From the NCBI GenBank assembly GCA_963663965.2, contig CAXXFK010000006.1, forward strand, positions 32,001 through 96,000: DNA of 64,000 bases. Reading direction: 5' to 3'. A model generated the notes under the pieces. The model saw only the letters and a list, made by a program, of their open reading frames with translations, had not been told where the DNA came from and ran no database searches. Below, one piece after another: positions 32,896-43,965 of the stretch. Positions within the stretch are counted from its first letter, which is position 1. Each line of letters starts with the position of its first letter. Source of the stretch: Sedimentisphaerales bacterium (GTDB lineage: Bacteria > Planctomycetota > Phycisphaerae > Sedimentisphaerales > SM23-30). The position numbers were made by a program, and so were the translations under genes.

Positions 32896-34279
32896 ATGAT
32901 CAATAAGCGTTTAGTTGTCTTTTTTTTGGGCTTGACCTTGTCAAGCAGTATTTTTCTGATATCCGGTTGTACCAAAAACAACCCTGAAGAATCCGCCTCC
33001 GGAAGGGAGAGGCAACAGACTCCAAAATCGAAAAACTGGTGTTGATCAGTCCCCATAATGAAGATATTCGAAACGAGTTCGAAAAACGGTTTATTCAGTA
33101 TTACCAAGAAAAATATGGTAAAGACATTGAATTGGAATGGCGCGATGTCGGCGGCGGCAGTAGCACCATTCTGGCATTCCTGCGCAATATGTACAGCCAA
33201 TCCGATTCCAGCGGCATCGATGTCCTCTTTGGCGGGGGCGAATTCCCCTGTCAGTTCCTGGCCGCCGAAGGTTTGCTGACTCCCCTCGAACTGGATGCCG
33301 ATGTTTTGGAAAACATCCCGGACGAATTCTGCGGGATGCCGCTGTACGACAAAAATCTCCTCTGGTGCGGTAACGTACTGAGTGCTTTTGGCATTTTATA
33401 TAACCGCGATTTGTGTCAGCGCTATGATCTCAAGGAACCGAGGTTGTGGCAGGATCTGGGCCAGGACAAACTGTTCGGCCTGATAGTGCTGGCGGATCCC
33501 GGTGAATCGGGAAGCGCCGCGGCAACTTACGAAATGATCGTGCAATCCGCGCCCGATTGGCCGCAAGGCTGGCTCGACTGCTCGATATTCTTTCCAACGC
33601 CAAAAAATTTACCATCAGTTCCAGTGAAGCTGCTAATGCGCCCAAGGCCGAGGCGATTGCCGCGACAACAATCGATTTTTACGGGGCTCAACGTGTGGAA
33701 GAAATGAAGGGTGTACTGGCCTACGTCAATCCGAAAGGGCAGACTGGTTTCACTCCTGATCCTGTGGCTGTTTTGAAAAATCCGCCCCATCCACAGGCGG
33801 CGCAAGCTTATGCCCGATTTTTGTTGTCGGTAGAGGGCCAGGCTATCTGGGGCCTGCAAGTCGGCAAACCCGGTGGGCCGACTCGAAAAGCCCTGAACCG
33901 GATTCCGATCCGTAAGGATTTCTATACGAAATATGAAGCCGATCTGCCACCCTGGTTGCAAAACCCCTTTGCTGAAGGCGTAGGGATGCAGGTCGATAGC
34001 AGGATACGCGAAGTTCGCTACGGAGTTCTGGCCCAGCTGGTCCGCGCTGCGGCCATCGAAAATCTCGATATGATGAAAAAGGCCCGCCAGGTGCTGAAAC
34101 AGAATCCGGACAATCAGACTTTGCGTCAGTTATTTTATGCCCTGCCGGAAAATATGGATGCTGAAGATGACGTATTTACTGTCGCCGAAGGTCTGAAAGA
34201 TAAAGTACAGGCAGACAAAATTCTTTCAGGATGGATTGAGTTTTTCCGCACCAATTATAAACAGATAGTCAATCGCTAA
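32896..34279 (+). CDS. ABC transporter substrate-binding lipoprotein (Fe3+/AfuA-like clade), two frameshifts (about 33000-33035 and 33570)
   Basis: AGGAG RBS; MINKRLVVFF..ISG-C lipobox in one frame, LVLISPH..DVLFGGG..ADP..SGS in the next, and the C-terminal lobe in a third. Confidence 0.75.
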
Positions 34280-36023
34280 TGACGACCCTACCCATTGAGA
34301 CTCCTATTAAATCTCGCAAGCCGATTCTCGCAGTCGTCTTGAAATACCTCCCTGCTTTATTACTGCTGGGATTTCTGTCTCTCTTTTTTCTCTATCCCTT
34401 ATTCCTTTCGATCAAGACCGGATTTGTTTTGGAAAATAAATGGAGCCTGTACTGGTTTGGCCGGGTGCTGACCGATCCAAATCTGATGGGCCAATTTGGC
34501 AACGGACTGCTGGTGGCCGGTGTGACGACGCTGGTGTGTTTTATCATCAGCATGCCTCTGGCCCTGCTGGCAACCCGATGCGAGTTTGCCGGCCGGTCAC
34601 TGATCAATGTATTGGTATTGCTGCCTTTGATCCTGCCACCGTTTGTCGGGGCTTTGTCCATCAGACGATTCCTCGGGCAATTCGGGCTTTTTAACCTGCT
34701 GTTGGATAAACTGGGCATTATTGATCTGTCCGCCGGTTTGCCGCCCGACTGGCTCAGCGGGGGATTTACCGGATTGGTGATCATACAGTCATTGCATCTC
34801 TTTCCGATCATGTACCTGAATATTGCCACGGCCCTGGCCAATCTCAATCCCTCCTATACCCAGGCCGCACGTAATCTCGGCGCCGGTCCCTGGACGACGT
34901 TTTTCAAGATTACCCTGCCTCTGCTGCGGCCCGGTTTGTTTGCCGGAGGGACGATTGTGTTTGTCTGGGCCTTTACCGATATTGGCACCCCGTTAATGGT
35001 TGGTTATGACAATATGCCGGCCGTGTCGATCTTTCGCGATCTGGTTCGGGCCAATTTTTCCCCCAAGACCTATGGCGTCACTTCCCTGTTATTGCTGGTA
35101 TCCGTGCTGCTCTATTATCTCAGTAAAACCGTTTTCCGGCCGAGTGTACCGGACGATGCTGTCAAAGCCAGTGTTTCCAGCGAGACTGTCAGGCTTAAAA
35201 CACCGGCGACGGTTGCGGTCTGGCTGTTATTTGGCTCAGTCATGTTTCTAGCCGTTTTGCCTCATATCGGGGTGATTCTGACTGCCTTTTCCGATAGCTG
35301 GATCGACACCATGCTGCCGCAAAGTTATACCCTGCGGCACATGAAATATGTCATTACCCGCCCCGAAACTTTCCAGAGTATTATCAACAGTTTAAAATAC
35401 GCCGGGATATCTACCCTGGTCGATATTGTTCTGGGGTCAGTCGCGGCATGGCTGATTGTGCGTGGGCGCATTAAAATCGCTTCGTTACTCGATGGATTGA
35501 TGATGATGCCGCTGGCGGTTCCGGGTATCATTCTTGCTGCTGGATTTATCGCGCTGACGGCGCCCGGCACTGCGCTGGAGGCCATCGGCCGATGCGCAAT
35601 CCTTTCTGGATCATTGTGATTGCCTATTCAATCCGTCGCATGCCATTTGTGATACGAGGTATGGTCAGCGGTTTGGAGCAGATTCCGGTTACGCTGGAAG
35701 AATCGGCCCGTAACCTGGGCGCCACCACCCTGGGCGCGATCCGTCATATCACTGCGCCCCTGATCCTTTCGAATATGATTGCGGCCGGAGTTCTGACTTT
35801 CTCTTTTGCCATGCTCGAGGTGAGCGATTCGCTCGTTCTGGCCCAGACCGAAGGCCATTACCCGATTACCAAAGAGATCTATCGACAAGCCATGTCGGCG
35901 AATACCGACGCCTATAATATTGCCGCGGCCATGGGCGTCTATGGCATGATAGTGTTAACGCTGGCTTTGATCGTTGCTGTTGTTCTGCTGGGCCGCCGTC
36001 TCGGCGCGATCTTCCGTTTTTAA
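34279..36023 (+). CDS. ABC transporter permease (FbpB/AfuB-like), frameshift near 33 nt from 35590
   Basis: Two EAA loops (QAARNLGA, LEESARNLGA); ORFs 34279..35619 and 35592..36023 join as AIG-P-MRNP near 35590. Confidence 0.85.
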
Positions 36024-36077
36024 AAAATGAATTTTTGTTATCAACAATGCACTGATTAGATCAAGGTTTCACTCGCA

Positions 36078-37163
36078 ATGACCACCAGAATCGATATCCA
36101 GGATATTACAAAAATTTATAATGAGCGAAAGAACCCATTCAAGGCTTTGGATGCGGTCTCTCTGACTATTGAACCGGGTGAATTATTCTTCCTGCTGGGC
36201 CCCAGTGGTTGTGGCAAGACTACCCTGCTGCGTACGATTGCCGGTCTGCTGGAACCCACCAGTGGGCGTATCTTCTTTAATGACAGGGACGTTACGCAGC
36301 AACTGGTCGAACAACGCAATACTGCCATGGTGTTTCAAAATTACGCGCTCTGGCCGCATATGACCATACGCCAGAACGTGGAATTTGGCCCGCGCATGCG
36401 CAAAGTGGAATCCGTGGCCCGAAAAGAACGCGCGGAATCCTGCCTGGAAATGGTAAGCATGAAAGAATATAGCCGGCGCAAACCCAACCAGTTGTCCGGC
36501 GGCCAGCAGCAGCGCGTTGCCCTGGCGAGGGCCTTGGCAGCCCAACCGGATTGTCTTTTACTGGATGAACCCTTAAGTAATCTGGATGCCGCCTTACGGC
36601 AGCGGATGCGCCTTGAATTGCATAACATGATTAAATCACAAGGAATTACTGCCGTTTATGTCACTCACGACCAGACCGAAGCCCTGTCCATGGCGGATCG
36701 GATTGCCGTAATGAGAGATGGCGTGATTGAACAAATTGACTCTCCCGCCCAGGTTTATTTTTCTCCAGTATCGAAATTTGTGGCCGATTTTGTCGGTGAA
36801 GGCAATTTTATAAAAGCCACTTTCGATCCCAGTACGCAACAGCAATGTGTGCAAACGGAAATTGGTACCCTTAAAGTAAAGCATCATAATGCGTTACGCT
36901 CTCAGAATGTCCTGTGCTGTATTCGTCCCGAACATGTACAAATTGTATTACCCGGTTCATCGAACCATGAATGGAATGAAATTAATGCCATGGTAGAAAA
37001 TGTTGTGTTTCAGGGAGATACCACCCGTATTATTGTGAAATTAGATAACATGGATAAATGGAAAATTACGCAGGTTTCGCATTTTAACAGCCTGACTGTA
37101 AAAAACGGCCAGACTGTAAAATTAAAATTTTTGCCTGAGTCTGTAATTATTCTGGACCATTAA
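36078..37163 (+). CDS. ABC transporter ATP-binding protein (PotA/FbpC-like)
   Basis: GPSGCGKT, LSGGQQQR, LLDEP, VTHDQ, TOBE-like C-terminus. Confidence 0.95.
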   Translation: MTTRIDIQDITKIYNERKNPFKALDAVSLTIEPGELFFLLGPSGCGKTTLLRTIAGLLEPTSGRIFFNDRDVTQQLVEQRNTAMVFQNYALWPHMTIRQNVEFGPRMRKVESVARKERAESCLEMVSMKEYSRRKPNQLSGGQQQRVALARALAAQPDCLLLDEPLSNLDAALRQRMRLELHNMIKSQGITAVYVTHDQTEALSMADRIAVMRDGVIEQIDSPAQVYFSPVSKFVADFVGEGNFIKATFDPSTQQQCVQTEIGTLKVKHHNALRSQNVLCCIRPEHVQIVLPGSSNHEWNEINAMVENVVFQGDTTRIIVKLDNMDKWKITQVSHFNSLTVKNGQTVKLKFLPESVIILDH

Positions 37164-37311
37164 CGCAACATGTGATAAAAGCTAATAAAACTAAAATGCA
37201 ACCATTATAGAAATCTAACAAATTAAGGATATTATCATGTGTCTAATGTGTATGGATACCAGTGATATCCATTTTAATTTTTCTCTAATCTTTATTCTTC
37301 GGAGGAACAAA

Positions 37312-37947
37312 ATGATGAAGAAATTACTGTCTTTTGCTGTTGTGTTAATGCTGATTTCGTTGGTGAATGCTTCAACCGTATACGAATACGGATGGGAAAA
37401 TGGCGGAACGATCTTTGGTTTATATGGCAATGTTGTGAACCCGGAAAATGTAACCGATTTTTATCGTAGTGGTTCTCACGCCTTAAAAGTTACAGAAGCC
37501 CCTCACAGTGGGACTCCCCAGGCTTACATCGCCTTTGTAACGGGATTGACCGATGGGGATCAGGTGACTGCCAGCTTTTATGGTTTTGATGAAACCACCG
37601 ACGCCTCTCCATCGGTACGAATCTGGGGGCATTATGCCTCTTCCGCTGATGTGCTCAGTTATTTTGGCAGTGCTGGCGGCAACGATGCCTACACGGCCGG
37701 TACCGGTTGGGATCCGGTTGACTGGACCTGGACGTTTGATTCGAACGCCGGTGAACGGGATGCGTTGGTAATTGAAGTTCGTTTGTACAGTTCTCCCGCA
37801 ACCGGTGATTACAGCACGGATTACTATATTGATGATTTGTCTGTAACTGTCCCGGATACCGCGATGGTTACATTTCCGGTTCCCGAACCGGCTACTCTGA
37901 CAATTCTGGGGTTGGGAAGTTTGTTTATGATTCGTCGCAAAAAATAA
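37312..37947 (+). CDS. PEP-CTERM sorted surface protein with CBM-like domain
   Basis: GGAGG RBS, signal peptide, C-terminal VPEPATLTILGLGSLFMIRRKK. Confidence 0.9.
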   Translation: MMKKLLSFAVVLMLISLVNASTVYEYGWENGGTIFGLYGNVVNPENVTDFYRSGSHALKVTEAPHSGTPQAYIAFVTGLTDGDQVTASFYGFDETTDASPSVRIWGHYASSADVLSYFGSAGGNDAYTAGTGWDPVDWTWTFDSNAGERDALVIEVRLYSSPATGDYSTDYYIDDLSVTVPDTAMVTFPVPEPATLTILGLGSLFMIRRKK

Positions 37948-38012
37948 GCAATAATGCTGATAATCACGTGCTTCTGGTGTCAACCAAAGATTAGTTTTAT
38001 AGAGTTTATTCT

Positions 38013-38046
38013 CAGGATGGGGTAGCATTTGCCTCATCCTGTTTTT
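38013..38046 (+). terminator. Intrinsic terminator after the PEP-CTERM gene
   Basis: CAGGATGGGG / CCTCATCCTG stem + TTTTT. Confidence 0.65.
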
Positions 38047-38098
38047 CTGTGATAAAATTGATTAGTGTGCAGATTAATACCTAGCTGAGAGAAGGCGC

Positions 38099-39124
38099 AT
38101 GGGATACGACATGATGAACAACACTAAAAAGGGTTTTACTCTAATTGAACTGCTGGTAGTTATATCGATTATAGCGCTTTTAGTGGCAATTTTGATGCCG
38201 GCGCTGGGCAAGGCCCGTGAACAGGCCCGTAAAGCAGTCTGTATGGTCAATACCCGCAGTTGCGGAACCGCCATGGCGACTTATACCAGTTCCAATGATG
38301 ACTGGCTGCCCGGCCCCAATACCTCGGGCATGTGGTATCACCAGCAGAAATTATTGGGCAATTCCGGACCAGGCGTTTATCCCGCCACGCTTTCCAGTAC
38401 GACACCTATTCAAAATGTGGACTGGATGTCTCCCATTTTCGGTAAGGAACTGGGACTCCACAATGATCCTGGCAAACGGTATATGCAACTGTCCAATACC
38501 GACCTGTCCTGTCCTTCCAATCGCACCTATTACGACGGTACCTATCCATCCGGATCCACGTTTCTCACTCAGGATGATTTGTCACGCACAAAAATAACCA
38601 GTTACAGCGCATGCCTGGGATTTCAGGTTTATTTTGAATCCACGGCCGATCAGTCCAACCGGGTGCGCGGTGTCACCACCGACACGATTTCCAGCCAGAT
38701 GCTGGTACCCAAAAATTATTCTCCCCGCCTGACTAGTGTTGGACGCCAGAGTGAAAAAATCTTTGTTGTGGAAGGGGCTCGCTATGTCGCGCCGTCCAGC
38801 GGGGGATATCAGATTACCCTGAATAACCTTTCCTGGCAGGATGATGGCGGCAATTACATGTTGTATGGTCCGGCGACACCACATATGACTGGTGATCCCT
38901 ATAAATACGAAAATCCTGCGGATCCACAAATTGTTTCGGGTACCGAAAAATTTGCCTATCGTCACAATAATCAGTTATGCGTGATCTATTTCGATGGCCA
39001 TAGCGAAGCGCTGGGCTTGAAAGAAGCCCTGAATGTCCGGCTCTACTGGCCCAAAGGGTCCATGGTCCGTAACGCTACTTATACCTGGGATACCTCCGAT
39101 TACGATGGGATGACAATACGATAA
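38099..39124 (+). CDS. Prepilin-type N-terminal cleavage / H-X9-DG protein
   Basis: [50 protein letters not shown]. Confidence 0.88.
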   Translation: MGYDMMNNTKKGFTLIELLVVISIIALLVAILMPALGKAREQARKAVCMVNTRSCGTAMATYTSSNDDWLPGPNTSGMWYHQQKLLGNSGPGVYPATLSSTTPIQNVDWMSPIFGKELGLHNDPGKRYMQLSNTDLSCPSNRTYYDGTYPSGSTFLTQDDLSRTKITSYSACLGFQVYFESTADQSNRVRGVTTDTISSQMLVPKNYSPRLTSVGRQSEKIFVVEGARYVAPSSGGYQITLNNLSWQDDGGNYMLYGPATPHMTGDPYKYENPADPQIVSGTEKFAYRHNNQLCVIYFDGHSEALGLKEALNVRLYWPKGSMVRNATYTWDTSDYDGMTIR

Positions 39125-39125
39125 T

Positions 39126-41321
39126 ATGAAAATCTGGCAAAGGAGAATCTGGATACTGCTGGTCCTGTTGGGGGGGGCCGGCATGACAAATGCCGCGTTG
39201 CGGATTGCAACGTATAATATCGCTTTGGGCGAAATCCGGCCGGGTCTGGATACGGTTCTGCAAGCGATCTGTCAGGAAACCTATCAAGGCTATTCCCAAC
39301 CGCTTGATATCCTGCTCCTGCAGGAACAGGATTCCGTTCAATCGACGACTCAAGCCATTGTGGATATCATAAACAGGATTATGCCATCGGTGAATTATCG
39401 GCGCTCGCAAACCAACGGCACCGGTCCCGGAGGTACCATGGCGGTGGTCTACAATCCTCAAACAGTCACTTTGCTGGATGAAACGGCCTTGCCGCCGCCC
39501 ACCAGTGGGGATCGCGCTGTCATGCGATACCATTTTCAACTGGCCGGTTATTCGACATCCGATTCCCACCTTTATGTTTATGTCGCGCATCTCAAAGCGA
39601 CAACGAATTCGGACTCTCGTGACCGACGTGCCGTTCAGGCCGCTCAGATTCGAGCCGATGCCGACGCGCTGGGTAATGATGTCAATATCATTTATGCCGG
39701 TGACTTTAATATCTATACCAGTTCCGAACCCGCTTATCAGAATCTGGTCGCTGAGGGTTCGGCCCGCGCCTATGATCCGACCGGTCTGGTTGACTGGCAG
39801 GGCAGTGAGTATCGCCGCTGGCATACCCAGGCGCCCGCCATGGACCCGGCCGATGCTTCTCTGGTCGGCGGCGGCATGGATGACCGCTTCGATTTCCAGA
39901 TGATTTCGGATTCACTTCATGATGGTTCTGGTCTGGATTGGATTGAGGGTTCCTATCGAACCTTCGGCAATAATGCCACCCATGCTTATAATGGGAATAT
40001 CAGTTCCGGAAATGGGGCATCGGCGGTTGTCCTCAACGCCCTGATGACCGCTTCCGATCACTGTCCGGTTGTGCTGGAATATCGACATCCCGCCCGAATG
40101 TCGGTTTCTGCTTCTGATTTACCATCGCGGGTGATTGCCCGTGGTTTCCAATACCAGGTCCAAGTTACCAATACCGCCCCTTGTCAGGTGGGTACTCAGG
40201 GCGCCGCCGGTATTGACTATTCGATTCAGACCAATCTGACCGGTACCCGTCAGTACGCGTCTATGCCGTCTGAATGGACACTGGCCACGATAGGAACGCT
40301 TGCTGGTGAACCTTTTGCTCAGTATCTGATTAATCCGATTGGTTTCGAAATGAGTGGGGGGGGGAATATCTCTTCCACCTCCGACAACTTCCCATTCTTG
40401 TATCGTATCCTCCATGCTGATGGCAGTCTGGAATTGAAAGTATCGAATCTGCAAAGTGATTCACCCGGCGCCAATGCCGGTTTGATGGTTCGCCAGTCGC
40501 TGGAACCCGGTTCGCCCTTTGGGTATCTCTATCTGACCCGGGATTTCGGCCTGAAATGGCGTAGCCGGATGAGTCCCGGTTCGACCGCCTTTGTCAGCAA
40601 TGGTCCGGCGGATCTCAACTCGGCCTGGTTACGTATTTCGCGACAGGGAGAGCAGGTCCTTGCCGCCTGGTCCTCTGACCGGCAAAGCTGGACCGAATGG
40701 CAATCGATGACACTCTCAGGAATGACAGGCCCCGCGTACCTGGGATTGGCAATATCCTCGCTACACCCCACAGCGACAGCTTTCGCTTCTTTCGATACCG
40801 AAGACGCAGGGGGTGCTAATAGTGGTACGGCTTATTATGCCCCGCCTGCCGCCGGCCCCAATATCCATACCTTTTTGCTGGGTCAGGGCCAGACCGAAAA
40901 CCGGACCTTTAATATCGAAATAAAATCGAACGATCCAACCGTTCAAAATAATCACTGGCAGACCACCTGCGTCTATCGTTACGCTGATTTTGACGATTTT
41001 GACCAGGATTGCGATTTTGATCTCGACGATGTCAATCTGCTATTAACTCACCTCGGTTCGATAAACACGTTATACGATCTGGATCGCTCCGGTCTGGTTG
41101 ATATGACTGATCTCCAGATTCTGTTCGAAACGGTTCTTGACCGGCCTCTGGGCGATATCGATCTCGATGGCACGGTGGACCTGTCCGACTTTCTAATCCT
41201 GGCAAATTTTTTTATGACACCTTCTACTGGCTGGAATCATGCCGATCTGAATGGTGATCATTTTGTGAATATTTCAGACTTGAATATTATTGCTCAAAAC
41301 TGGATGCGTTTCTTTCCTTAA
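39126..41321 (+). CDS. Secreted endonuclease/exonuclease/phosphatase (DNase I-like) protein with lectin-like (DUF1349-like) and dockerin-like domains
   Basis: Signal peptide, IATYNI, LLQE, HLKA, AGDFN, DDRFD, SDHCPV; AGLMVR..WLRISRQG; DFDQDCDFDLDD/DLNGD repeats. Confidence 0.82.
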   Translation: MKIWQRRIWILLVLLGGAGMTNAALRIATYNIALGEIRPGLDTVLQAICQETYQGYSQPLDILLLQEQDSVQSTTQAIVDIINRIMPSVNYRRSQTNGTGPGGTMAVVYNPQTVTLLDETALPPPTSGDRAVMRYHFQLAGYSTSDSHLYVYVAHLKATTNSDSRDRRAVQAAQIRADADALGNDVNIIYAGDFNIYTSSEPAYQNLVAEGSARAYDPTGLVDWQGSEYRRWHTQAPAMDPADASLVGGGMDDRFDFQMISDSLHDGSGLDWIEGSYRTFGNNATHAYNGNISSGNGASAVVLNALMTASDHCPVVLEYRHPARMSVSASDLPSRVIARGFQYQVQVTNTAPCQVGTQGAAGIDYSIQTNLTGTRQYASMPSEWTLATIGTLAGEPFAQYLINPIGFEMSGGGNISSTSDNFPFLYRILHADGSLELKVSNLQSDSPGANAGLMVRQSLEPGSPFGYLYLTRDFGLKWRSRMSPGSTAFVSNGPADLNSAWLRISRQGEQVLAAWSSDRQSWTEWQSMTLSGMTGPAYLGLAISSLHPTATAFASFDTEDAGGANSGTAYYAPPAAGPNIHTFLLGQGQTENRTFNIEIKSNDPTVQNNHWQTTCVYRYADFDDFDQDCDFDLDDVNLLLTHLGSINTLYDLDRSGLVDMTDLQILFETVLDRPLGDIDLDGTVDLSDFLILANFFMTPSTGWNHADLNGDHFVNISDLNIIAQNWMRFFP

Positions 41322-41342
41322 TCCGTTGAAAGGAGAAATCAA

Positions 41343-43805
41343 ATGAAGAAGTTGAGTGTATTGGCCCTGATCCTGCTGGGGGCATCCCTGGCCTCAGCGA
41401 AAACCTTTTACTATAGCTGGGAAACCGGTGACGGGACGATCCTTGGGACAAATGGCGATATTACCGGTTCAATCACCACCGCAGAAAAAGTTCACGGTGC
41501 CAGGTCTCTCGAACTCTTTGATGGAGGCAAGCCCGGCACGCCTCAGGCTTACGTCGCCTGGGTCAAAGGCCTGCAAAATGGCGATACGGTTACTGCGTAT
41601 TTCTATGCCAAAAAACGACAGGGGTATGGGGTTCGTATCTGGGGGCACTATACCAATGATTTAACGAATATAGATTCCAGTACCGGATCTGCCGGTGGCA
41701 ATGATACTTACAGCGGTGATGACTGGACCAAACTGTCCTATACCTGGACGATGGATACCTCTGATGGTAAGAATGGTCTGGTGGTCGAAGCCCGCACTTA
41801 TACTACCACCAATGACGGCGGCTGGGTCGATGCCATTGTGGTGACCGCACCGGATTATGCCGAAATCGTATTCCCCGGCCCCGGGATTGAAGGCGAACCG
41901 GATGTCAATATTGGCGAAATCGATGAAGAATGGGGTACACCCACCCATTCTTACAGCTGGGAAAACGGTCAAACTGTCGTTGGAAATTATTATACCTATA
42001 CTGAAAACGTGGAGGATCCCGTTTACGATGGCAGTCAGTCGCTCAAAGTCGTCTCCGGAAACTATACCGGCGGTCAGGCCTATCTCGCCCTAATCAGTGG
42101 TCTTCAGAACGGCCAGGAAGTCAAAGCCCGGCTTTATGCCCGCAACGGTCAGACCAGTGGTCTCAGGCTCTGGGGTATTTATGAACAATTTGGGGCTTTT
42201 GCCGGTAGCGCCGGTGGGAATGGGAATTATAGTACCACTGACTGGACTAAATTGATTTATGCTTGGAATTTCGACGACGGACCCGATGACGCGATCGATA
42301 CGCTCATCGTTCAGGCCCGTGTTTATGGCGGCCAGAATAACTACGGCTGGGTTGACAAACTCGATCTATGGGGTGCCTGCCAACGCCACTGTTCAGCTAC
42401 CCGAACCCAACGAACCCGCCGATAATCGAATCGGGGTGTACAGCTGGGAAGATGGTGGCACGGCTTGGGGCAGCTACAATTACCCCGACGTCATGCAGAA
42501 TTCCGCGCAGGACTCCTTCGATGGCGCCAAGGCCTTGCGTGTTGTTCGCGGGTCCGCTTCTGGTGATCCCCAGATCTATCTCGCCTGGATCAAAGGTCTC
42601 AAACAGGGCGATAAATATACGGTTCGCCTCCATGCCAAAGCCACTCACGGCGCCGTCCTGTCCGGCCACTATACCTCAACGGATGATCCGGATGACTACT
42701 CCGGCCGCGATATGATACCTTATCAGATTACTGGTACAGACTGGACCGAACTGGAATACACCTGCTGTTTAATGTGGGGGATATTGACAATTATGACCCG
42801 CGCACCGGATTTATGGTTGAAGGTCTTGTTACCGGCGAACAGGGCGATGAAGCCTGGTTCGACCTGATTGAAATTTTCGCGCCCGATCATTGCACGGTTG
42901 AATTCCCGCCGGCCTCCACAGAACCCATCTGTTATGCCGATTTTGATCTGACCGGAGACTGCATGGTGAATGATCAGGACCTTATCGCCTTTAGCCAGCA
43001 ATGGCTCACCAGCGGCATCGAATCCACGCTCGGTGAAACAGGCGATCCCAATAACGTGCCCGAATTCTACCGTTACTACAAATATGACTGGTCTGATGGC
43101 AACAAAGCGCTGGGTACTTTTCCCTCTGCCGATGATCCCAATGGCATGCCGCGCGTGGCCAATATTCTCAATCCCGAAGATCCCAACACCTCTCAGGCCG
43201 GCGCGCGCCAGTTGGAAATCACCTGTGGCGATTATGATGGCGCTTCGGTTTATCTGGCCCAGGTTAACGAACTGCAACACAATGACCGGATCTTCGTTCA
43301 GATCAAGATGAAAAGCGGGGGAGCCGATGGCGCCGACTTACGTCTGGCCATGGATCACCACCGCAATGGCGCTTACGCCGGGGGATTATTTACCCGGCCC
43401 ATTTACAGTACCGATGAATGGGGGACCTATGCCACCATCTTCACTTATGATGTCGGTGATCTGACCCAGTTTGACCCGCGCACCGGTATTAAAATCCTTG
43501 TACTGGCCAATGGCAATCTGGATGATCTGGCCGGTTATATCGATGAAATTATCGTCAGCGTACCCTATCATGAAGATCAATGGGGGAATGAGAAATCCGG
43601 CTGGGTGCAGTTTCCCGATAATGGCATCCTTATGAATCGCGGCAAAGAAATATTCCCCAAAGAAGGCGACCTGCTGAAAGTCTGTGTCTCTCAGCCTACT
43701 GCCGATTTCGGTGGCGTGTATTGCTTTGTGGATATTTCCGACTTTGCCGGCCTCACCAGCCAGTGGCTCGAATGTGGCTGGAGTGATAGTGAACTCTGTC
43801 CGTAA
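41343..43805 (+). CDS. Secreted protein with four CBM-like repeats and dockerin-like motifs; two frameshifts (about 42370 and 42765)
   Basis: AAGGAG RBS, signal peptide; ORFs 41343..42425, 42259..42867 and 42774..43805 each carry Y-S/D-W-E/S-x-G repeat units and join by single-G indels. Confidence 0.72.
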
Positions 43806-43835
43806 AGCCAGCTGGTAATGTAATCATGTTTTATT

Positions 43836-43867
43836 AAAACGCCGGGCTTCTAAACCCGGCGTTTTTT
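43836..43867 (+). terminator. Intrinsic terminator
   Basis: AAAACGCCGGG / CCCGGCGTTTTTT. Confidence 0.75.
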
Positions 43868-43965
43868 CTTGCGCATGTGGAATCCGGACGACGCAACATT
43901 TTCAGTTGCGATTCCTTTCGGTCCGGTTATAATCAAATAAACTCAATCGAAAGGAAACAACCATC

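Noticed and set aside
37190..37300. Possible Pho-box-like 11-bp-period repeats upstream of the PEP-CTERM gene
   Set aside because: Too degenerate in AT-rich DNA to support.
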